Source: Sminthopsis crassicaudata
Taxonomy: Eukaryota
DNA: 64,000 bases
Assembly (NCBI RefSeq): GCF_048593235.1
Contig: NC_133619.1
Span: 636,842,558 to 636,906,557, forward strand
Direction of reading: 5' to 3'
A program made the translations under genes and the position numbers. Numbering within the stretch: the stretch's first letter is position 1; the number at the start of each line of letters is the position of its first letter. Of the stretch, positions 37,171 to 48,555 are shown one piece after another. Under the pieces are notes generated by a model, which was given only the letters and a program-made list of their open reading frames with translations, had not been told where the DNA came from and ran no database searches.

Positions 37171-40101
37171 TCACTGGCGCTCATACATCTCACGCAGGAT
37201 CTTCATGCTCTCGGAGTACCGCAGCTGGTTCCGATGGGAAGCCTCCTTCCACCTGGGGGACACAGGCTGTCAGGGCCGGGCCGGCCTGCGGGCCGTGGGG
37301 AGTGGGAGCAGCTTTGGGGCAGGGGGCCGCATACCTCTGCCTGATGCGTTTCCAGCGCTCCATGTTGCGGTAGATGAGGGAGGACATGGTTGGGGCTGTC
37401 TCGGGGGGCTGCACAGAAAGAGGGGGAGGCAGAGTCAGCTTGGGGAGCTGCCATACAAGCATCCTCTTCCCCCCATAGGGCCAAGGCCTGGTCCAGCTCT
37501 TCCCCAGAGCTCCCAGAGGGGCTCCAGCATCTGCTTACCGGGTCCTCAGAGGCCTCCTGGCCCTCTGGCCGAAGTGGGGAGGGGATCCTAGGACTGGGGG
37601 CTTCCCCAGGAGGGCAGGGGGCGGTGGGGGGTGGCAGCTTGTACACGTCTCGGCTCTTCCCGTTGGTGACCTCAGTCCCCTTGGGAAAGAACCGGCCCCA
37701 AAAGCCAGTGTCAGGTCTAGCAAGGGGAGGGCAAGGCCCCTTCCTTTCTCCCCGCCCCCAGCCCCAGCGTCCTCACCTCCTCATCCTCTGGCCGGGGAGC
37801 TGGGGGGGGGCTGGGTGAGCGCTCTGGCTCCCGCACCGAGGGGCAGTTGCGCATCCAAGCCCGGCAGATGGGGTAAAGTGGCGTGTTCTCACTGAACTGG
37901 GCCAGGTCCACGCTGCGGTCAAATAGCTTGATGGTGTAAGTGTCTGGGGGGGTGAGGGGTGAAGGTCACTATGATGCCAGGGAGGGCGGGCTGGCCGGCT
38001 GATCTCCAAGTCCGGCTCTGCGCACCCCCCCCCCCCCCCCCCCCCGTCCCAGGCCCATTTTATAGACGAGGTCGGCCTTGGACTGGAGCTCAAGCTTCCT
38101 GCCGGGCCCGGGGCTGCTTGTACCCGACAACGCCCTTCTCACCAACCAGCACTCACTGGGTCTCTGCTGTCCCCCCTCGGCGAGCCCATCCTCCATCTCC
38201 TTCCTCTTCTTCCTCCTGTGATGGGGGAACCGGGCCGAGGGCCTGTAGGGGAAAGGGATGGAGAACTGACTGGACAGAGGCTTGAGGTGGAGCCAGCCCA
38301 GGGGGCCCACGGGGCCTGGAATGCCACGGTCTATTGCAAGACAGCAGAGGGGGCTGGCCCAGACAGAAGTGGGAGGAAGGGAGGCTGGGATAAGGGGGAA
38401 GAGTGAAGAGGGGGGCCCCAGAGATAGAGCCCGGGCGGAAACCGCCCCCTCCCAAGCTTACCGTTTGCCAGCGGAGGTGAGAGAGCAGTCCCTAAGGGAG
38501 GAGAGGCGCAGCGTCATTCCAGCCCCAGAGCACCCCACGCACCCCCCCCCCAAACCTGGCCAGCAACCTACTTGCTGTGAGCATCGGAGGGCGTTTTCCC
38601 GGCCTCCTCCTCCAGCTGGTCCCTTTGGGGGAGACAATGACCGAAGCTCAGAACCGAGGGCCGAGGCTCAGGCGGCCTCCACAATCAGCCCACTGTGCGG
38701 CTGGACAGCTCCGGCCCTCGGAGACCGGAAGCCTGCCTTCTGCCTGGGCCGGACCCTGGGGATCAGGCCCGTCCTCCTGGCTCTCCCCGATACTTGCCCT
38801 GCCCTAATCAGCGAGCTCCTCCTCCCATCCCCCAGGAGGCTCTGAGATGGACAAGGACCTTCTGAACTCAGCCCCGGCTCCCAAAGCGGCCCCGATCTAA
38901 CAGTTTTGAGGGCCCCCCTCACCGGTCCACGTCACTCTTCTCCAGCAAGCACTGCAAGACGGCGTCCAGGTGGTTCCTGGCTTTGGACATCTCCAGCTCT
39001 GAGGGGGCAGAGGGCAGTCACTGCCGGGAGGCCCGTGGGAGTGTGGCAGGGCAGAAGGAAGGGGGCGAGCGGGGCCCCCACCTCCCACGGACGCTCCCCG
39101 AGGTTCCAGCCAAGGGCCTCCCGCGCAGGAATCCTCGGCCTCGCTCCCATCTTGTCCTTCCTCCCCAACGCCGGCCGGACAGAGGCCCCACCTCCCCCCT
39201 TCCCCTGGTCCTCCATGAAGCCTGACAGCCTTCCCTCCTGTCCAGAGTCCCCTTTGTCCCCCCCCCACCTGCTCCCATTCGGCCCGGAGCTCCCTCCCCA
39301 GAGCCTCCCCTTGGGGTCTGTGCCTGGGAGGGAAAGGACCCGGCCTGTCTCCAGCCCCTGGGCCCTCCCAGGCTTGGCTCCAAGCCTGCCTCCTCCAGGC
39401 AGCCCTCCCTCTCAGAAGGCCCCAGCGCCATCCCAGGTCCTGCCCTCCCACCCCCATTTCTCTCCCCTCCAGGAGGCCCTTCGCCCTTCTCCTCCCAGCA
39501 GGTCCTAGTAGGCTTAGCGTTTCTTCCAGCCAGTATCTCTCCCCTTCTCTCCAGAGGACAGCTCTCTGAATCCACTGCTCCCTAGTGCTCCCCCTCCTCC
39601 TCCAAGCAGCTACCTGCACCTGCCATTGCTCCTATCTTCTGGGGCAATGCTCCCCAATGCTCCCCTCCTCCCCTAAGCAGCCATCTGCACCTGGGGGCTG
39701 TCTTCCTCAATGCTCCCCCACCTCCTCCAAGCAGCTACCTGCACATACTATCACTCCCATCTTCTGGGGCAGTGCTCCCCAATGCTCCCCCCTCCTCCTC
39801 CAAGCAGCCATCTGCACCTGCCATTGCTCCCATCTCCTGGGGACAGTCTTCCTCAACGCTCCCTCCTCCTCCTCCAAGTGAGCCTCCTGCATCTGCCATT
39901 GCTCTCATCTGCTGGGGGCAGTCTTCCTCAATGCTCCTTCCTCTTTCAGGCCGCCCTCCCAGATTGCTGCCGCATTTTACTCCTCCTAGTCCCGGCAGCC
40001 CTCCCGGATCGCTTCCTCCTCCCCGGGGTCCCCGGGAGCCTCCTTTGACCACTTGATCCTCCCTTACCTGACTTTTCCACTTTCACCTTCACGGGGAACA
40101 T
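37171..40101 (-). CDS. LIN37: LIN37, MuvB/DREAM core subunit, 9 exons, 246 aa
   Basis: Exons 40101-40068, 38998-38923, 38622-38572, 38491-38462, 38242-38157, 37943-37777, 37679-37539, 37408-37335, 37252-37171 (741 nt). [55 protein letters not shown]. Minus-strand AATAAA at 37156-37161. Confidence 0.97.
39583..39960. repeat. Degenerate ~65-75-bp tandem repeat (~5 copies) in LIN37 intron 1
   Basis: Recurrent ctcctcctccaagcagc(t/c)a(c/t)ctgcac...ctggggc...aatgctcc blocks. Confidence 0.75.
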
Positions 40102-40760
40102 CTTTCCGGCCGGGCTCGGTTTCCGATTGGGGCAGCGGGGTACCCAGCAGTGCCCCGGGGCGGGGACGGGGGCAGGGGTCAGGGGTCAGTCCGGGAAGTC
40201 CGGGGTCAGAGCTGGGGCCAGCCACGAGGTAGATCAGAGTTCAGGTTTGGGAGGAGAGCCTCTCTCTCAAGACAAGTAGTCTCACCTTCCCGGCCCAGGA
40301 CGTGAGGATGGGCCGCGGACAGACAGCTCTTCACCTCCGTCTTAGGCCACCGCAGCGGCTTAGGTCCCACGGTCTCACCCTTGCCCGCCCGCCCGTTGCT
40401 TCCATTGGGCGGCGGGGCCGCTCGTCTCCCCAATAGACCAATCAGAAGCCTTAACGGCCACCTCCCGCTTGAAGCCCCACCCCCAACCATTCTTCCGGAA
40501 ACCAACCAACGTCCCCCGGCCCAGCCGCGCGGCGCCTCATGGGAGGTGTAGTTCGTGCCCCGATCTTCCCTTCACGAGTTCCCCAGAGCCTAGCCGCGCG
40601 AGGCACTATGGGAGGCGCAGGCTGAGGCTGCCGCCGTGGCTCCTGGGACTTGTAGTACCAACGGCTTAAAGGGGCTCCTGGAAGAAAAGGGAAGGAAAAA
40701 CGCGATCTCGCGGCAGTTCTGCGTTGCTAGGCAAAGGATGCCGCTTCTGAGCAACGGGGC
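40100..40760 (-). promoter_or_regulatory. LIN37 CpG-island promoter
   Basis: CpG-rich; CCAAT boxes near 40430-40443; SBS-like ctgggacttgtagt near 40643-40656; X-box-like gttgctaggcaaag near 40723-40736. Confidence 0.6.
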
Positions 40761-42089
40761 AGAGGCGCAGAACTGATCCCTAGTCTAGGTTCATTTTACT
40801 GAGGTGGCAAGTGAGATTCGTGGGGTGGGGCCATTCTGCTGCCAGGGGTCACCCCTTCGAGATCCCAGCAGCCGAGAACCGAAGGGAATCGTGCAGCCGA
40901 GTCCCCCTCGCCCTGCAGCTCACTGTGCACTTCTTTCTGGGCCCCCTCCGCCCCTCCACGGTCCGCCCGCGTGGAGCAGCCGTAGCCAGGGTCCAGCACT
41001 CCCGGTCTAAACCCCGCCAACAGCCCAAGTTTCCCTTTCCTCATTTATCAAATGAGGGGGTGGCCGAGGGCTTGCACCCTCCGCCCCTCCCCCCATTCCT
41101 AGAAGTCAACCTCGCTTCGTTCTGCTTCTCAGAAGCCCCCCCTGCTTCCCCTTCCAGGCTCGCCTCAGATGCCACTTCCTCCACGAAGGCTGCCCTGACT
41201 ATCGCCCATCCTCCCCCACCCCCGGCGAACGTTAATTCGGGGTGGACCCGAGGGCAGAGATGGCTGGCCAGCAAGTGGCCGTGCCTCTTTCGTAATCGCC
41301 CATTTTATATATTCTCCGGGCAGCTAAGTGTGGAGTGGATAGAGCTGGGAGGGAGGGGAAACCTGAATCCAGAAGTCCAGAGTTGTGACCCACTCTCAAA
41401 CACTTCCTGTGGGCATGACTCTGGGCAAGTCCGAGGCCCCTCGTCTGCCTCCATTTCCTCATCTGTAAAATGAGCCGGAGGAAGGAATGGAAAACCCCAA
41501 ATGGGGTCACAAAGAATCAGGTTACAGAACCAGAAAGGCGTTCTGCCCATTTGCATATTCTCTAGCCGCGGGCTGCCCGGATTACTTATCCAGTTCCAGA
41601 GACCCGTCACTAACCGGGAAAGTCAGACCGGTCCGAGGTCAGGCCTTTCCCTACAACACTGTCCTGTGTCACTGAGGGGCCGGCCCGCAGAGGTCCCGCG
41701 CACAGACCCACGGCCAAGGCGCTTCACAGAGAAGCCGGCTGGCCACCTGTGGTTTGGAGCCTTACTCAGAATCTTCCCGGATTCCATGATTCCAGGGTGT
41801 GATCTCAAGGGGATTTCAGTTTCTTTGTGAACCCACCAGAAAAAAGGGGATCAGAGTTCTCACCAAATAGGTCTTTTTTTTTTTTAATTTTTATTTGGGC
41901 GTCTCAACGGAGGCTAGAGGGAGAAGTGGGGAGTTAGTCGGGGAGAGATGCTCTGGGCAGCCGTTCCGGCCCAATAACGGGCCGGGGATGTGAAGGAGGG
42001 CAGATTTTTCTGCATCTTTGGAAGTCGTTCTGGGCGGGCGCTGGAGACAAGGCGGGTGACGAGGGCACCAGGCCATGGGCTCGGGCTTC

Positions 42090-42754
42090 TCAGGGTATCC
42101 CCAAAGGGATGGTGAAGGAGAGGTAGTCGCCCAGGGCCCCCCAGCGCGCGCGATTGATCTGGAAGATGGTGATCCAGGAGGTCAGCGCCACAAGCCAAAA
42201 GACGAGCCCCAAGGCTGAGCGCCAGACGTCTGGAGAGGGAGAGAGAGAGAGGGGAGAAAAAGGGGGGGAGGGGTCAGGTCTTGGCTGGCCCAAAATTGAC
42301 TCACGACTTGCCCCCAGACTAGCGGGGCCAGAGGGTCTCTGCCCTCGCCCGGGGCCCCTCCAGGGACTTACAGCCTTTGATCTGCCCCTGCTCCTCGTAG
42401 GCCGGCGCCAGGAAAGCCTCTCGGAAGAACCACAGAACGTTGACCAGCCAGAGAAAAGGCAGGAGTGCAAACCCCCCTGGGAAGGAAGGAAGGAAGGAAG
42501 GTGGGGGGCGTTAGTTGGACCCCGGGGGGGATGGGCGGCTCCCGGGGGGGGCACTAGAAGGGTCACTCCCTCCCGGGCGCATTAGAGGGTCACTAAGCAG
42601 GTCAATCCCTCGGGGACGGGCTGGGCTACTTTTGGCAGGGGGCGATGGAGAAGGGGCCGGGCCGCCGCGCGCCCCTAGCCCGTGCCCCCTCACCTAGGTA
42701 GTATTTCCGGCAGAGGTTCAGCTTCTCCTCATTGGACACCCGTTCCAGGTTCAT
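42090..42754 (-). CDS. PSENEN: Gamma-secretase subunit PEN-2, 3 coding exons, 101 aa
   Basis: Exons 42754-42694, 42476-42372, 42229-42090. [33 protein letters not shown]...[13 protein letters not shown]. Minus-strand AATAAA at 41890-41895. Confidence 0.98.
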
Positions 42755-42959
42755 CCTGGTCCAGGAGGAGAGGAGGAGGGGCTGCAGGGAAAAGGAGACG
42801 AGTCGGGATCTCCAAACGCCCCCGCTATCGGACGGCAGTCCAGGCGGCACAAGTCACTCCGGCAGCGGGTAAACGGGCTCCGGATCGGCGAGAGGAGGGG
42901 CAGGAATAACCCCGATCCAGAGGGGAGAAGGGGGGGAGGGATGGGGGCGCAGTCCCCTA

Positions 42960-43282
42960 CCTTACTGGAGCTTTTCCTTCCTCCTTTTTCAGTACGCTTG
43001 CGCCTGTGCCGTCGGGGCTTCTGGGGCTTGTAGTCCATCCTCCGCACGCATGCGCCCTTCCCTCACCGTAACCCCCAGACTCTCTCGGGGAGCTCTCCTC
43101 TCTTCCTCATTCTCAGGCAATTGGCTGGGAAGGACAGTCCGGGGCATCCTTTCTGCGCGGGCACCTCCCCCCACCCGCTGGACTTCAACTCCCAGGGATC
43201 CTCACCTCAAAGCTAGCCCGGAAACGTGCCCTTATCACCGGAAGTGACGCACGAAGCAGACAGGTGGAGGGAGTCCGTGAAA
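42960..43282. promoter_or_regulatory. Bidirectional PSENEN/U2AF1L4 promoter
   Basis: Head-to-head genes; NRF1-like cgcatgcgc near 43047-43055; ETS ccggaagt at 43238-43245; probable non-coding PSENEN first-exon donor (gtaag on minus) near 42965. Confidence 0.7.
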
Positions 43283-45669
43283 ATGGCTGAATATTTAGCT
43301 TCGATTTTCGGGACAGAAAAAGACAAGTGCGAATCGATAGTGGTGATAGGAGGGGCGGTCGTGCTAGGGATCCAGCCCACGGAGTCCCCAGGGGAGGGGC
43401 GGCAGCGGTCTCCTTTTGAGAAGATCCTGGGGGGAGAGATGACAGGTCCATTAGGTGAGGGAGGAATGGCAGGTCCCGCTAGGCAAGGGTCCCACTTGGT
43501 GGGGGAGGGGTGGCGGGTACCACTTGGTGGGGGGAGGAGTGACAGGCCCCACTTGGCAGGTCCTGGAGGGCAGGGATGGCGGGTCCCACTTGATGGGGGA
43601 AGGGTGGCGGGTACCACTTGGTGGGGGGAGGAGTGACAGGCCCCACTTGGCAGGTCCTGGAGGGCAGGGATGGCGGGTCCCACTTGATGGGGGAGGGGTG
43701 ACAGGCCCCACTTGGCAGGTCCTAGAGGGCAGGGATGGCGGGTCCCACTTGGTGGGGGAGGGGTGACAGGCCCCACTTGGCAGGTCCTGGAGGGCAGGGA
43801 TGGCGGGTCCCACTTGGTGGGGGAGGGGTGGCGGGTCCCACTTGGTGGGGGGAGGAGTGACAGGCCCCACTTGGCAGGTCCTGGAGGGCAGGGATGGCGG
43901 GTCCCACTTGGTGGGGGAGGGGTGGCGGGTACCACTTGGTGGGGGGAGGAGTGACAGGCCCCACTTGGCAGGTCCTGGAGGGCAGGGATGGCGGGTCCCA
44001 CTTGATGGGGGAGGGGTGGCGGGTACCACTTGGCAGGTCCTGGAGGGCAGGGATGGCGGGTCCCTTGGTGGGGGGAGGAGTGACAGGCCCCACTTGGCAG
44101 GTCCTGGAGGGCAGGGATGGCGGGTCCCACTTGATGGGGGAGGGGTGGCGAATCCCACTTGATGGGGGAGGAGTGACAGGCCCCACATGGCAGGTCCTGG
44201 AGGGCAGGTCCTGGGCAGAGGGGAGACTGGGTCCCTTGATAGGGGAGGGGCAGCGAGGGTCCCACCACTGCATTTACCCCAAACTCTCTCACTTCTTTCA
44301 GGGTTAACTGCTCTTTTTACTTTAAGATTGGGGCTTGCAGGCACGGGGACCGGTGCTCACGACTCCACAATAAGCCCACATTCAGTCAGGTGAGGCGGGT
44401 CCCACCCCCAGGGGGCTGCAGGCCCGGCCCCTCCCATCCTCCCTCTTGTCCTGGACGCCCCCTGCCCCTGCTTTGGGTCCCTGGCTGACCCCTCTTTCCC
44501 ACCTCATCTCCCTCACCGCAGACCATCGTGCTTCTCAACCTGTACCGGAACCCTCAGAACACGGCCCAGAGGGCGGATGGATCCCACTGTGATGGTCGGG
44601 GCAGGGGACTGGATGCCCCTGGAGTTGGCAGGGCTAGGAGTGATGGGAGATAGTCCTGCCGCTGGGAGGGGGGAGCCTTTGTGCTGTGGGGGTGGTGACA
44701 CAAGGGACTTGAATGTCAGAACTAGGGAAAGGCCGAGTGTGGGGGTCTGCTTTAGCCCCAAGACCCTTTTTTTCACCCCTGAATGCCCCAGGCCGCGTCA
44801 CCGCCCTAGAGGGGCAGGAGCACTATGACGGATTCTTTGAGGTGAGGGGAGCTGGCTGGGGGGAGATGTTGGGGACCGTCCCACTCCCTGAGCCTGACGG
44901 CCCCTTCCTCCCTCCCTGCCGCAGGAAGTGTTCACGGAGCTGCAAGAAAAGTACGGGGAGATCGAGGAGATGAACGTCTGCGATAACCTGGGGGACCACT
45001 TGGTCGGCAACGTCTATGTCAAGGTGTTTGAGGCCGCCGGCCCTTGCACGTCCCCAGACCGGACCCCTTTCTGGGCCCCTGGGCCGTCCGCCCCTACTCG
45101 CTGGGCCCCCAGGAAACTCCCTCCTCTAACTCCTGGGCTGGCATCTTCCTTGTGCCCCCAGTTCCGGCGGGAAGAAGATGCGGAGCGCGCCGTGACCGAG
45201 CTCAACAATCGCTGGTTCAACGGGCAGGCCGTGCAGGCCGAGCTGTCCCCCGTCACGGACTTCCGGGAGTCTTGCTGTCGGCAATACGAGATGGGGTGTG
45301 GTGGGGAGGGGCACTGGGGCGGAGGGTGGTGGGTGTAGGGGTGGGGCTGGGCTGCGGTTCCACCTGCCATCTGATGCCACAGTGAATGCACCCGGGGCGG
45401 CTTCTGCAACTTCATGCACCTGCGGCCCATCTCCCGGGACCTTTGCCGGCACCTCTATGGCCGTGGCCCCAGAAGAAGGTATCCGGTGGGGAGTGAGCCC
45501 GGCCAATGGGGACATGGGAACGGGAAGGGGGTCCCGGCCCCTTTGCTTGGTCTGTGAGCCCCTGACGCCTTTCCCCAGGGGATCCTCGCCCACAAGACCC
45601 AGAGGGGGTCACCGGCCCCGAGAGAGGAACCGACGACGGTCTCCGGACCACCGCCACGGACGCTTCTGA
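43283..45669 (+). CDS. U2AF1L4: U2AF small-subunit paralogue U2AF26, 8 exons, 222 aa
   Basis: Exons 43283-43326, 44302-44389, 44522-44588, 44792-44841, 44925-45023, 45162-45295, 45383-45478, 45579-45669 (669 nt). Two CCCH zinc fingers, UHM domain, short RS-like tail ending [15 protein letters not shown] at 45752-45757. Confidence 0.97.
43465..44215. repeat. Composite G-rich VNTR in U2AF1L4 intron 1
   Basis: Interleaved sub-units gggtcccacttg(g/a)tgggggagggg(t)ggc, gggtaccacttggtggggggaggagtgacag and gccccacttggcaggtcctggagggcagggatggc. Confidence 0.92.
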
Positions 45670-46569
45670 GACCGCAGGCTGGCCCTGGTCGGTCTTCCCC
45701 ACCTGACTTCTGGGGACCCACACGGGAGGAGCAGGAACCCCCCCTTCCCCCAATAAATTATCTGGTCTGTCCTTTGGAGTCTGCACTTGGAGTGGCGGGG
45801 GCTGCGGCCTTTAGGGTGGATGGGCAGCAGGTGTGTGCCCGGCTAGCTGAGGTTCTAGGTGCACCCCTATTTTTACAGAGGCAGAAACTGAGGCCCTGAG
45901 AAGTCTTCCAGAGGCCAGCTAGGCCACCCCACCCCCACCCCCATGCAGATGACTGGCTCTGCCCGGAAAGGGAAGTTAAGGGAGGGGCTGGGGCTCTGAT
46001 CTTGGCAGCAGGACCAGCTTCAGGTGCCGGGGTTGGGGGTAGGGAGGCTTCGGGACCTCCTTGAGCCCCTTAGGACCATCTGGGCCTTGGGAAGGGGAGA
46101 CCATGGGCCCATCCAGCTGGGTCTGTGAAGGGGAAGGGTTTCCGGAGGACGGGCTGAGGACAGTTTTAGGGACAGGGTCTCGGAGGCAGGAAGTTGAAGA
46201 GCCAAAGCCTGAGTCCTAGGGAGGGGAACAGTATGGGGGCGCAAGGGCTGAGGTCTTGGGGGAGACCGGGTCGGAAATTCCAAAGCCTGAATGGGGGGAG
46301 CAGGAAGTAAAACCAAGAGAACACGTGGGGTCTGGGTGGAAAGGGGGTTCCTGGCCCGGAAAGGAGCCATTCGAGGGGCACTGAGGAGGGGGGACTGTGG
46401 GAGGGGGTTCCCGGTGGGGGATGGGTTGCTCAGAGCCCAGTCGTTCCTCTGGCCTGAACAAGCACCATGTGGGTGGCGGGCGGAAATGGCTGAGGTTTTC
46501 TCACGAAGTGCTCCGTTCCCTCATTCCAGCTGCGACTGGGCAGGGGCCGAAGCCAACACCCAGCCACCC

Positions 46570-48001
46570 ATGGGGCTCCACCTCCTGCTGTGGGGGGCCA
46601 GCCTGCTGTCCTGGGCCTTGGGCTCGGTCCCCATCTCCTGGCGCTGCGGCTTCCTAGAGTACTGGGACCGGGACTACAGATGCTGCCGGCGCTGCGTGGA
46701 GCGCTTCGGACCGCCCAGATGTCCGGGTGAGGGACGGGGGCGAGCCGGGGCAGCGGGGGCGCCCTGGCTGGCCGGGCAGCGAGCCTCTCCTCTCCCTCCT
46801 CCCCTCAGATTACGAGTTCACCCGCCACTGTGGGGTCACTGATGACGGAAATCAGCTGGATTTCCCCTTTGCTCGGTGCCCACCTGGGCTGTGCAACAGG
46901 AACTGGGCTGAGCAGTGCGGGCAATGCCCGGACCGACGTCTGCCCCCGGCCCATTCCCCAGCGGACCGGGATGGACGCCTCCAAGCCCGCTGTTCTCCAG
47001 TAAGTTCCAGGTTGGGGGAGGAGGGGGCTACCTACTGGGATGAAGGCCACAGGCCTCTCAAAACTCTGTGACCCTTTTCTGCCTCCCAAGAAACCCATAC
47101 CCTCCAGGCGTCAATGCCATCTGGAAAATACAACGGCGCCCACGGCACCCACAGCGCCCACGGCACCCACAGCGCCCACGGCATCCACAGCGCCCATGGC
47201 ATCCACAGCGCCCACGGCATCCATGACAGCCTTGTCTCCGAGCCCCCAAGGTCCAGGACTGAGCTCTGGGGAAGGTCCCAGTGGGCCGCCTCCATCCCTG
47301 GTGCCTCCTTGTAAGTGCCACAGCGCCCTCCCCTGCCTCCACAGCGAGGCTTGCACCCCACCAGAGCTTTTTTCAATCTTTGCAGGGAACTCTGTCTGGT
47401 ACATGGTGGGTGCTGCCGCCCTTCTGGCGGGAGGCCTGCTGCTTTGGGCAGCCTCACAGGTGGTGCATGGGAGGGCCGACTCCAAGGCGGCAGCAGAAGC
47501 TGGGGAAACCTGGAAGTTCTTGCCCCTAAGTGAGGGATCTGGTGAGTGGGGGGAAGGGAAGGGGTGGACACAGGGGCTCAGGAGTCCCCCGTTACCACAT
47601 TCCCTTTTCTTTCAGTGCCCCCCACTTTGGCCCGCCAGCCCCTCTCGCGACTTTTGGACGAGCTCGAGGTGCTGGAAGAGCTGGTGATCCTGCTGGACCC
47701 TGAACCCGGGCCCTGTGGGGCTTCTGCCTGGGGAACCACTCGCCACTTGGCTGCCCGCTACGGGCTCCCAGCCTCCTGGGCCACCTTCGCCTACTCCCTG
47801 CGGCCTGCCCACTCCCCGCTCCGAGCCCTGCTAGAGACAGTGACAGCCCGAGATCCCACGGCCCAGCTGGGACAGTTGGCCCACCACCTAAGCCAGCTGG
47901 GGCGTGGTGATGCACTGGGGGTGCTGCATAAGCTCGTTCAGCCGCCCCCTCCCCCCAGCCCGGCCTGGAAGCCCCCTGCTGTGGGGACGGATCCTTTGTA
48001 A
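46570..48001 (+). CDS. IGFLR1: IGF-like family receptor 1 (Cys-rich TNFR-like ectodomain, TM helix, death-like domain), 394 aa or 369 aa
   Basis: Exons 46570-46726, 46809-46999, 47091-47541 (possibly split by a 75-nt intron at 47311-47385), 47616-48001. CGFLEYWDRDYRCCRRC, QPLSRLLDELEVLEEL, GTTRHLAARYGLP. AATAAA at 48007-48012. Confidence 0.93.
47133..47222 (+). repeat. 9-bp coding tandem repeat (Thr-Ala-Pro/Ser x10) in the IGFLR1 stalk
   Basis: ac(g/a)gc(g/a)(c/t)cc units, translating TAPTAPTAPTAPTAPTASTAPMASTAPTAS. Confidence 0.92.
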
Positions 48002-48555
48002 CAAGAAATAAACCAGGCTGTCCTTGTACTTGGCTCTGCGTCCTAAGTGGGGGAGGGGGGTGCGCCACAGTTTGCTGAATACAGCGGCCAAGGGCAGGTC
48101 TTGCACTCTGGCACCTCCTGTGTTTCAAAGAAGGAGTGTGGCTTCTGGCTTTACAGATGGGAAACAGCCAGGGCTCAGGAGGGCTCTGTATGCCGTCCTA
48201 ATGATGGGGACAAAACGGCCTGGCCCCAGGATCCCCTCCCATCAGCCCCCCCCCAGAGTCAGAGGCTGTGGATCCAAACATTGACGGACTTTATTGTGGG
48301 GGGAGTCCCCCCTGGGACCCCACCTTTTAAATAAAAAAGTGCATAGAAAAGAAGGGATTTAGAAACCTTTGTACAATATATCTACATCCTGGACCCTGCA
48401 GGCAGGTGCTAACTGGAAGAGGGCAGGCAGGGCTCCCTGGGGACGCGTGCTGAGGCTGGGGGGGGAGAGGGAGAGACAAGATGGCCAAGGACACGGGTGG
48501 GGTCCCCTCAGGGCCAGGCCAGGGGTGACAGCTTGGGCTGGGGGAGGGGGGCGGG

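Noticed and set aside
41090-41560. Octamer ATTTGCAT (41549-41556) and TATA-like tttatata (about 41305) suggesting an snRNA-type gene
   Set aside because: No recognisable PSE, snRNA body or terminator; neighbouring sequence resembles L2 and MIR fragments.
43213-44344. Pro/Gly-rich repeat ORFs of 100-359 aa
   Set aside because: Translation of the U2AF1L4 intron-1 VNTR.
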